From: Candidatus Hermodarchaeota archaeon
GTDB lineage: Archaea; Asgardarchaeota; Hermodarchaeia; Hermodarchaeales; Hermodarchaeaceae
NCBI GenBank assembly: GCA_016840065.1
Contig: JAEOTB010000067.1
Span: forward strand, 1 to 15,634
Direction: 5' to 3'
Length of the DNA stretch: 15,634 nucleotides
In this document: piece after piece, positions 7,950 through 15,327 of the stretch
Layout: the number at the start of each line of letters is the position of its first letter
Numbering within the stretch: position 1 is the first letter of the stretch
Notes under the pieces: model-generated
Databases searched by the model: none
What the model was told of the DNA's origin: nothing
The model's input: only the letters and a program-made list of their open reading frames with translations
Position numbers and translations under genes: made by a program

Positions 7950-8783
7950 TTGAGTAGGAAAACAAAGTTCGGCATCTACATTGCCAATCATGGCATTACT
8001 AATAATCCACAAGATTACGTCGCATTAGCTAAGAGTTCAGAAGAACATGGATGGGAAGGGTTCTTCATATGGGACCACGTTTTCCTACCGTGGGCACCAG
8101 ATCAAGCTGTATTGGATCCATGGATCGTCTTGTCCGCGATAGCTACTCAAACAAATAACATGGCTATTGGAACCACAGTGACACCATTACCACGAAGAAG
8201 GCCAACGGTCATCGCACGAGAAGCAATAACACTCGATAGACTTTCTAATGGACAATTTATTCTAGGTGTGGGATTAGGAGGCACTGCTGAACTGAAAGCC
8301 TTAGGTGATGAGGAGGATCCTAAGACTCGAGGAGAGATGCTGGATGAATCGTTACTCATCCTCAAAGGGTTGTGGTCTGGCAAACCCTTTACCTTTGATG
8401 GCAAACACTTCCAAATCAAAGAACCAGTGACATTCAAACCAGAAGGGAAAATCAAGATTTGGTGCGGAGGTAACTGGCCCAACAAGAGACCATTCCGACG
8501 GGCTGCGAAATATGACGGGATATTTCCATTGAAAGTCGGTTCTGACCCCTCAATCTATCCGCAAGATATGCGAGAAATCATGAGTTACATTGGCAAGTAC
8601 AGGAAATCGCTGGACACCTTTGATTGGGTAAAGAGTATCTACACCATTGCAGACCGAGAACACGACGCCTATATCCATGAATTCATCGACATGGGTGTAA
8701 ATTGGCTCCTAGAGGCATTCTGGCCCGCACGGTGTGGCTTGAAGGAAATTCAAAAGAGAATCGAACAAGGTCCCCCAGAATAA
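7950..8783 (+). CDS. LLM-class (luciferase-like) flavin/F420-dependent oxidoreductase, copy 1
   Basis: GWEGFFIWDH, DPW..LSAIA..T...IGTTVTPL.RRRP..IAREA.TLDRLS.G.FILGVGLG and IWCGG motifs. TTG start at 7950 after a GGTGA SD, conserved in the paralog. Confidence 0.92.
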   Translation: MSRKTKFGIYIANHGITNNPQDYVALAKSSEEHGWEGFFIWDHVFLPWAPDQAVLDPWIVLSAIATQTNNMAIGTTVTPLPRRRPTVIAREAITLDRLSNGQFILGVGLGGTAELKALGDEEDPKTRGEMLDESLLILKGLWSGKPFTFDGKHFQIKEPVTFKPEGKIKIWCGGNWPNKRPFRRAAKYDGIFPLKVGSDPSIYPQDMREIMSYIGKYRKSLDTFDWVKSIYTIADREHDAYIHEFIDMGVNWLLEAFWPARCGLKEIQKRIEQGPPE

Positions 8784-8924
8784 TTTTGGAAAGACGAGTA
8801 CTTTTCGAGTGGAAATGGAGCTATTTACTCTAGACATCTATAGACTACTCGGTAAATAACAGTTTTAAATTAGGGAGCTAATTACTGGATAGAACGTACA
8901 CTATCTGTACGCTGGGTTGGGAAG

Positions 8925-9545
8925 ATGCAAATTATTTGGCCCAAAGCATGTGTAGCATGTGGTCGCGGGGATGAGCAGACCCCACTCACACGGCACCGCT
9001 ATCCTTTCAAGCATTCTCAAATGATTGGTGGCGAACCATCCCTCCACCTTTGCCCCCCCTGCTATTCGCGGGCTAGAAAACGCTACATCACCGGTGCTGT
9101 ATCCCTCTTCCTTATCTTTGCCATAGCACTACCATTGACACTACTCTTCTACACAGTTACTGTCCAGTGGCAGACGATACTCGGGTTATATCTTACTGAA
9201 CTGGAATATCAGTTATCTACACTATCCTTTCTAAATCAACAAGCCACAATAAGCAATGGATTATATTGGGGCTGCCTAGGCATTGCTCTTCTCTTCCTCG
9301 GGCTCTGGATAAGGTGGATTACAGGCAAGCGTCATCTAGCGAAACAATCCCTGAAGATGAAAGTCGATAAACTTGAAAAATCTCTTTCGGACTTGAAACC
9401 CCTCAGACCACAATTTACCAAATTCCCGACCAAGGTTAAACTCTATAGTTATACCGAAGAGGATGTGGCATACGAATTAGATGTGTCTGCAGCATACGCG
9501 CAAATCTTTCTCAGCGCTAACCCAGCATGGAAGGAGTGTACGTAA
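8925..9545 (+). CDS. Hypothetical membrane protein with an N-terminal CxxC...CxxC Zn-ribbon and two TM segments
   Basis: CVACG...HLCPPCY, followed by hydrophobic helices (GAVSLFLIFAIALPLTLLFY; GLYWGCLGIALLFLGLWI). Confidence 0.75.
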   Translation: MQIIWPKACVACGRGDEQTPLTRHRYPFKHSQMIGGEPSLHLCPPCYSRARKRYITGAVSLFLIFAIALPLTLLFYTVTVQWQTILGLYLTELEYQLSTLSFLNQQATISNGLYWGCLGIALLFLGLWIRWITGKRHLAKQSLKMKVDKLEKSLSDLKPLRPQFTKFPTKVKLYSYTEEDVAYELDVSAAYAQIFLSANPAWKECT

Positions 9546-9577
9546 CGCGACAGAACCCCTCAAGCGGACGATGGCGA

Positions 9578-9610
9578 CGAGTAAGGTCCTCCAGAATAAT
9601 CCGGGAAAGA
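9578..9610 (+). repeat. Diverged copy of the LLM gene 3' end and downstream bases (direct repeat D of 8762-8794)
   Basis: cgagtaaggtcctccagaataatccgggaaaga versus cgaacaaggtcccccagaataattttggaaaga, 27/33. It retains GPPE*. Confidence 0.75.
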
Positions 9611-9684
9611 TATTTTACAGCTAGCGGGTGGATAACCTCAAAGCTAATAACCCTAGAAGCGGCGGCTTGTCACGGTGTTATCTT

Positions 9685-9957
9685 TTGACCAAGTACAACC
9701 TCAAAGGCAGTATCACCTTCAAACACAACGAAGACTATGTCGCCGACGCCATCGGCATCCCGGACCGCTGGAATCCCCTGTTGGATATGGCTCAGCAAGC
9801 CTGGAATCATGGAAGGACCTTATCCGAAAAGATCGAGTACCTGGTCAGCCGACTCGACGGCGCGGAACTCGTCCTCGCTCTCATCCTCCTTGGGGAAAAG
9901 GTGGAATGGTCACCTTCAGATCACCCGTTATGGTGGAATAAATACAGCCAGAAATAA
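9685..9957 (+). CDS. Small hypothetical protein (90 aa), copy 2
   Basis: TTG at 9685 aligns with ATG 3368 of the paralog. 74% identity over 70 aa; the C-terminal tails are unrelated. Confidence 0.82.
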   Translation: MTKYNLKGSITFKHNEDYVADAIGIPDRWNPLLDMAQQAWNHGRTLSEKIEYLVSRLDGAELVLALILLGEKVEWSPSDHPLWWNKYSQK

Positions 9958-10126
9958 TTGTTCAGCAACGGAGAAACTTGCATTGAACTTGATGGATATC
10001 ATTCACCGACAGCGTGCCCCGAAACCATGGGCGGAGGGCGAAAAGACCCCGTGGAATGCCCCCGACTTCAGTCAACGCATGCTCAAGGAACACTTGTCGC
10101 AGGAGCACGATCTTGCCAGCCGTTGC
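9958..10126 (+). pseudogene. 5'-end fragment (RBS plus 48 codons) of a SAM methyltransferase homolog (direct repeat E of 12398-12566)
   Basis: Ungapped offset of 2440 bp. MNLMDIIHRQRAPKPWAEGEKTPWNAPDFSQRMLKEHLSQEHDLASRC versus MKLLDIIHRQRAPKPWAEGEKIPWDAPDFSQRMLNEHLSQEHDLASRR. 21 nt differences in 144, of which 15 are synonymous. Confidence 0.93.
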
Positions 10127-10173
10127 GAATTCTTGGGTAGTCATTGGTCCCATAGATCGAACACATTCAACAA

Positions 10174-11160
10174 CTATGAATGTTCTCTGAGAAATTTAAT
10201 GAGTTCCGAATTCATCTTGGAAACATGTTCTCCTAACCAGACTACATGTCCTATATTCTCAAGACTTAGTAACCTAGCATTCGGGATAGACGTTGCTGAA
10301 AATTCAGCATTGGAGTATGACACATCTCCATCAACTGTTCCATGAATCACCAATGTTGGACAATTTACAGCTTCCAAGGAGGTAAAAGATATCTGTTGAA
10401 GTTGCTCAATATCATTGTTTAGACCAACCTTTCTTGGACTCATTGGACATGTCGTGCGGATGAACCTCTTATACCAATCAACTTGCTCCGGGATAGCCAT
10501 CACTTGTGAGATATAATTATCTCGATCCTCAGAATCTACAATCATTGTCTCTTTGAGCGCTTGCTTTAACGACCAAGCAGTCGAGCGCCTAGTCAACATA
10601 TCATATATCCACACTCCAAAATCTGCTATGGAATCAGACAAAAATATCCTACCAAGCAAAGAATTCATTGCGTCTAAGTTCACGGTATATTCACGACTGA
10701 CTGCTGCCATTAGAATAAGAGCACTTATTCGGTCTGGATGCCGTAGAGCAAAGTGCAGAGCTACAGGACCTCCCGCTGAAGCTCCTAGAATCGCGACTTC
10801 TGGTATCCCCAGAGTAACCAATAGTGCTTCAATTGCATCTGCTTGTTCTTCGAATGTTTCCCCTGTGCTCAATGGTGTGCGCAGATACCCTGGTCTAGAT
10901 ATTGCCAATAATGAAAAACCCTCTTTGATCCACATACCCATATCAATTGAGCTTTGATCATATCCTCCAGGAGCTCCGTGTAGTGTTAAGAGTACAGGTC
11001 CACTTCCCTTCAGAGAGTACTCGATCTCACCCATTGAAGTAACAGCTATTTCGCTGCCTTCATTTAGAGTGTTGAGTAAATTCCGCTTCCACCGCCTGAA
11101 TGATATGATAATAAAGACAAGTAGTACTGCTAATAAGACCAGGGAGAGTTCAACGAACAT
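10174..11160 (-). CDS. Alpha/beta-fold hydrolase with N-terminal membrane anchor
   Basis: LHGAPGG oxyanion loop, SRPGY, nucleophile GASAGG, HGTVDGDV and IGH. ATG 11160 precedes the TM helix; an alternative TTG start is at 11208. Confidence 0.88.
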   Translation of the reverse strand: MFVELSLVLLAVLLVFIIISFRRWKRNLLNTLNEGSEIAVTSMGEIEYSLKGSGPVLLTLHGAPGGYDQSSIDMGMWIKEGFSLLAISRPGYLRTPLSTGETFEEQADAIEALLVTLGIPEVAILGASAGGPVALHFALRHPDRISALILMAAVSREYTVNLDAMNSLLGRIFLSDSIADFGVWIYDMLTRRSTAWSLKQALKETMIVDSEDRDNYISQVMAIPEQVDWYKRFIRTTCPMSPRKVGLNNDIEQLQQISFTSLEAVNCPTLVIHGTVDGDVSYSNAEFSATSIPNARLLSLENIGHVVWLGEHVSKMNSELIKFLREHS

Positions 11161-11340
11161 AATGAGCACACTCAGCTTGATAGCATCACATTCTTTGCAC
11201 ACTCGCAAAGTACAATCGTGCTTAAATCACCATCTGTATCCTATCTCTGTTTTGATAATCTTTCCGAATGAAACTGCAGAAAGGTGAAGTCTAAGCAGAC
11301 TTTGGTCAAGGACACCCCGAAGCGAATTAGACTACAGGTT

Positions 11341-11361
11341 AGAACACTTTGAATTGAGTTA
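11341..11361 (+). repeat. Direct repeat F, left copy (flanks LLM copy 2)
   Basis: agaacactttgaattgagtta versus 12338-12358 agaacactttgaattgaatta, 20/21. Confidence 0.85.
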
Positions 11362-11495
11362 TTCTCGACAAAAGGGGAGTTGCTCCATTTTTGGGGAGTT
11401 GTTAGAGTTATTGGTTCCCAACCAAAATTCAGATATACTCTTTGCATGAAAACACGTCAATAGAGATTTAACAGCATTATTTTTTGGTGATTTTG

Positions 11496-12329
11496 TTGAG
11501 TAGGAAAGTAAAGTTCGGCATATATATTGCTAATCATGGACTTACCAGTAATCCACAAGATTACGTCACGTTAGCGAAGAGTGGAGAAGAACATGGATGG
11601 GAAGGGTTCTTCATATGGGACCACGTTTTCCTACCGTGGGCACCAGACCAAGCCGTATTGGATCCATGGGTTATATTGTCTGCAATCGCTACTCAAACGC
11701 ATAAAACGGCTATTGGTACAACGGTAACCCCATTAGCAAGAAGAAGGCCCATGATAATAGCACGAGAAGCAATGACACTCGATAGACTTTCTAGTGGAAG
11801 ATTTATTCTTGGTGTGGGATTGGGAGGTACAGGAGAACTCAAAGTTCTCGGTGAAGAGGAGGACCCTAAGACTCGAGGAGCTATGCTTGATGAATCGTTA
11901 CTAATCCTCAAAGGGTTGTGGTCTGGCAAACCCTTCACCTTTGAAGGCAAACACTACCAAATCAAAGAACCAGTAATATTCAAACCAGAAAGTAAGATTA
12001 AGATTTGGTGCGGAGGTAACTGGCCCAACAAAAGACCATTCCGACGGGCCGCGAAATATGACGGGATTTTTCCATTGAAAGTCGGATCTGATCCCTCAAT
12101 CTATCCGCAAGATATGCGAGAAATCATGAGTTACATTGGCAAGTACCGGAAATCCCTGGACTCCTTTGATTGGGTAAAAAGCATATACACCCTTGGCGAC
12201 AGAGAACACGACGCGTATATCCATGAATTCATTGACATGGGTTGTACTTGGCTATTAGAGGCTTTCTGGCCAGCACGGTGTGGCTTGAAGGAAATTCAAA
12301 AGCGAATCGAACAAGGTCCTCCCGAATAA
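11496..12329 (+). CDS. LLM-class (luciferase-like) flavin/F420-dependent oxidoreductase, copy 2
   Basis: 277 aa, about 248/277 identical to copy 1. GGTGA SD before TTG 11496. Confidence 0.92.
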   Translation: MSRKVKFGIYIANHGLTSNPQDYVTLAKSGEEHGWEGFFIWDHVFLPWAPDQAVLDPWVILSAIATQTHKTAIGTTVTPLARRRPMIIAREAMTLDRLSSGRFILGVGLGGTGELKVLGEEEDPKTRGAMLDESLLILKGLWSGKPFTFEGKHYQIKEPVIFKPESKIKIWCGGNWPNKRPFRRAAKYDGIFPLKVGSDPSIYPQDMREIMSYIGKYRKSLDSFDWVKSIYTLGDREHDAYIHEFIDMGCTWLLEAFWPARCGLKEIQKRIEQGPPE

Positions 12330-12337
12330 TTTTGGAA

Positions 12338-12358
12338 AGAACACTTTGAATTGAATTA
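12338..12358 (+). repeat. Direct repeat F, right copy
   Basis: Begins where similarity between the two LLM downstream regions ends (ttttggaaaga). Confidence 0.85.
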
Positions 12359-12422
12359 AGGCTTAATACGTTAGCCACTAATCAACACTAGATGTTGTTG
12401 TTCAACAAAGGAGAAACTCACT

Positions 12423-13274
12423 TTGAAACTACTGGATATCATTCATCGACAGCGTGCCCCTAAACCGTGGGCTGAGGGGGAAAAGATCCCGTGGGATGCC
12501 CCAGACTTTAGTCAACGAATGCTAAACGAACACCTGTCCCAAGAGCACGATCTTGCCAGTCGTCGCTTCGAGATTATCGATAAGCACGTCAACTGGATTC
12601 ACAATCAGGTTCTGAAGGGGAATCCGACTCGAATTCTTGACCTTGGCTGTGGACCTGGATTGTACACGAATCGTCTGGCAAGACTTGGGCACAGTTGTGT
12701 AGGGATCGATTTCTCTCCAGCATCAATAGCTTATGCCAGAGAGCAGGCTGAGGAAACGGGTCTCGAATGTACGTATATCCACCAAGATATTCGGACAGCA
12801 GGGTATGGCGACGAGTATGGCCTTGTCATGTCGATTTATGGCGAGTTTAACGTTTTCCGTCCTAGGGAAGCAAGAGGTATTCTTGAGAAAGCCTGTCGCG
12901 CCTTGGCATCCAATGGGTTTCTACTTCTTGAACCGCACACGTTTGACGCCGTCGCTAAGATAGGAGAACGGTCCTCTTCGTGGTACTCGGCAGTGAAAGG
13001 GTTGTTTTCGGAGAAGCTGCACCTGTGCCTTGAAGAGAGTTTCTGGGATGCGGAACACAATGTAACGATTCAACGGTACTATATCGTCGATGCTATGTCA
13101 GGTGAGGTGACGCGCTATTCGTCCAGTATGCAGGCGTATACGGACGAAGAATACCGGTCGTTATTGGCTGAATGTGGGTTTGGTGAAGCGATGTTTTATT
13201 CATCATTGGGTGGAAGCGGGAGTGATTCAGAGGGCTATTTGATGGCTATCCTTTCACAGAAGGGCGTGGCCTAA
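12423..13274 (+). CDS. Class I SAM-dependent methyltransferase
   Basis: Motif I ILDLGCGPG, GIDFS, QDIR and LASNGFLLLE. AAGGAG RBS before the TTG start. Confidence 0.92.
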   Translation: MKLLDIIHRQRAPKPWAEGEKIPWDAPDFSQRMLNEHLSQEHDLASRRFEIIDKHVNWIHNQVLKGNPTRILDLGCGPGLYTNRLARLGHSCVGIDFSPASIAYAREQAEETGLECTYIHQDIRTAGYGDEYGLVMSIYGEFNVFRPREARGILEKACRALASNGFLLLEPHTFDAVAKIGERSSSWYSAVKGLFSEKLHLCLEESFWDAEHNVTIQRYYIVDAMSGEVTRYSSSMQAYTDEEYRSLLAECGFGEAMFYSSLGGSGSDSEGYLMAILSQKGVA

Positions 13275-13321
13275 CTAGCGTGTGTTACAAGCCTTTTCTT
13301 GACAACGTGTTCCTCCGATGT

Positions 13322-13527
13322 TGGATTTAAATCTCTGATGCCCTGTTAGTTGAACTATGTCTGTTGTGGCGGTTGTAAAGGGAGAACGAGGTCTTGAACC
13401 CATTTTTAGGGCAATAGAGCTGATACCCTTCAAGGAAGCGCTTGAGCCCTTTGAAAGGGTCTTGGTGAAACCTAATCTGATTACAAGCCACACTTTCGAG
13501 ACCGGAATCACAACGCATCGAGTCTAG
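13322..13527 (+). pseudogene. Promoter plus 5' fragment (53 codons) of a DUF362 gene homolog (direct repeat G of 14390-14583)
   Basis: ATG 13357 gives MSVVAVVKGERGLEPIFRAIELIPFKEALEPFERVLVKPNLITSHTFETGITT-HRV*, with 42/53 aa identical to the N-terminus of 14425-15249. Ungapped offset of 1068 bp including the TATA-like tggattt(a/t)aat. Confidence 0.92.
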
Positions 13528-14333
13528 TCTCCTCCAGCGAGGAATTCCAGTATCATGGGTACGACCAGGTCTTCCTGCTCGCGTGTGAAGGCGTGTGGTG
13601 CATCCCTGAATACATGTAACTTGGCTCGAGGTATGCGTTCGGCGAGGATTCGGGCGTTCTCGGGATGAAAGAGCACATCCTTCTCTCCTGCCATGATCAG
13701 ACAGGGAACGTGAATATCTGGTAACCGTTCATAGGTCCCCTTCCAGCTCATCACGGCCTGTGCTTGCCGCCATTTCCCAGTGAAGGTTGTCGGGTACTTG
13801 ATGGCTTGGGTCTCCTGCATCAAGGTGTCCCGGTGGGCTTCCACAAACGCAGGCGAGTACACTATACTCCACCACAGTTCCATTGCCTCCTCTGTTGACA
13901 TGGTCGGGGGTGGATTCGAAGCCGTCATCATCTTCTGTTGCACCTCACCTGCAACAGGCACGCTGTGGGGACCACCAAATGTCGTCATACTTAGAATCAG
14001 ACGTAGAACCTTCGTGGGATACGCTAGGACAAGTTCTTGAGCTATCATGCCGCCCATCGAGGCACCAAAGATATGGGCCTGCTGATACTCAAGTTCATCC
14101 ATTAATCCTGCGACATCGTCAGCCATCATTTTGATAGAATATTCAGCGTCAGGGACGGTGCTCCGTCCGGTTCCACGGTTATCGAACAAGACGACCTGAT
14201 AGGACCTGGCTAGTTGCTTCCAAAAGGGTCCCCACATCTCCACACTTGCCCCAAACCCATTAATCATGACTAGGGGCGGTCCTTCTCCATGAAGTTCATA
14301 GTAAACCTCGATATCGTTAACTTTTACCTTCAA
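13524..14333 (-). CDS. Alpha/beta-fold hydrolase (3-oxoadipate enol-lactonase-like family)
   Basis: YYELHGEGPPLVMING, FDNRGTGRS, GASMGG nucleophile, GEKD and DAPH. Confidence 0.92.
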   Translation of the reverse strand: MKVKVNDIEVYYELHGEGPPLVMINGFGASVEMWGPFWKQLARSYQVVLFDNRGTGRSTVPDAEYSIKMMADDVAGLMDELEYQQAHIFGASMGGMIAQELVLAYPTKVLRLILSMTTFGGPHSVPVAGEVQQKMMTASNPPPTMSTEEAMELWWSIVYSPAFVEAHRDTLMQETQAIKYPTTFTGKWRQAQAVMSWKGTYERLPDIHVPCLIMAGEKDVLFHPENARILAERIPRAKLHVFRDAPHAFTREQEDLVVPMILEFLAGGD

Positions 14334-14389
14334 TGCTTCACTCTCACGGGGATACTGGTCTGAAAAACTACATATTAACCTCGAAAGAC

Positions 14390-14404
14390 TGGATTTTAAT
14401 ATTT
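14390..14404 (+). promoter_or_regulatory. Probable archaeal TATA box about 30 nt upstream of the DUF362 start (short or leaderless transcript)
   Basis: GAAAGACTGGATTTTAATAT; position conserved in the fragment copy at 13322. Confidence 0.5.
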
Positions 14405-14424
14405 AACGTTTTGTAAATAGGAAC

Positions 14425-15249
14425 ATGTCATTAGTGGCTGTTGCTAAGGGAGACCGCGGACTTGAACCTGTATTTCGGGCAATGGAACTAATACCCTTCA
14501 AGGAAGCGTTCGAGTCCTATGACACGGTCTTGGTGAAACCTAATCTCATCACCGGTCACACCTTCGAGACAGGAATCACCACCGACCCCGTCGTAGTGGA
14601 GGCGGTGCTCTTGAAGATCCAGGAACTGGACAAGAAAGCGATTGTGGTGGAGACCGCGGGCGGCATCACTTCACCCGACGAAGCCATCATCGAGACTGGG
14701 ATGATGGAAGTCCTTGACCGGCTGGGTGTCGAATATGTCAACATGGGGAAGCTTGACGACCAGGTCGAACTGGAGGTAGAGAATCCTCGGGCATTAAAGA
14801 CCTTCAAGGTAGCCCGTCTCGCCACCGAGTCAGCGATTATCACAGTGCCATCAATGAAGACGTTGGGGCACACATCTATCACGATGGGATTGAAGAACAT
14901 GTTCGGTATGCTCACAACATCGAGCAAGTATCCCCTTCACAAACTGGGCACAAACAACTTCATCTACGACATCTGCAAGACCCTACCACCCACGCTCAGT
15001 GTGATCGATGGCTTCTATGGCAAGTCTGGCAGGGGTCCATGGAGTGGTGCACCAGTGAAGATGGATACAATCATCGCGAGCGTGGATCCAGTCGCCGCAG
15101 ACGCCACAGCCGCCCGATGCATCGGCATCGACCCCAATACGATAGATCACGTTCGTTGGCTCCATGAAGCTGGTATGGGTGAAATCACCGACATAGAAGT
15201 TGTAGGTGATGGCATCGACGCTGTCTACCAGAAATGGGAGCTAGATTGA
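14425..15249 (+). CDS. DUF362 domain protein
   Basis: VLVKPNL, TTDP.VVEA, VPSMKT..H...TMGLKNMFG, IDG..G...GP..G and DPVAADA motifs. Confidence 0.85.
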   Translation: MSLVAVAKGDRGLEPVFRAMELIPFKEAFESYDTVLVKPNLITGHTFETGITTDPVVVEAVLLKIQELDKKAIVVETAGGITSPDEAIIETGMMEVLDRLGVEYVNMGKLDDQVELEVENPRALKTFKVARLATESAIITVPSMKTLGHTSITMGLKNMFGMLTTSSKYPLHKLGTNNFIYDICKTLPPTLSVIDGFYGKSGRGPWSGAPVKMDTIIASVDPVAADATAARCIGIDPNTIDHVRWLHEAGMGEITDIEVVGDGIDAVYQKWELD

Positions 15250-15327
15250 AGTTTAGAAAACCGTACTTCCAAAATGCACTTATCTGCTGAGATCCTTCGG
15301 TGTATTTCGATTGTGCAGGTGTGAAAT

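Noticed and set aside
9737-10345. 202-aa ORF
   Set aside because: Chimeric artefact: an alternative frame of small protein 2, the methyltransferase stub and the antisense of the hydrolase.
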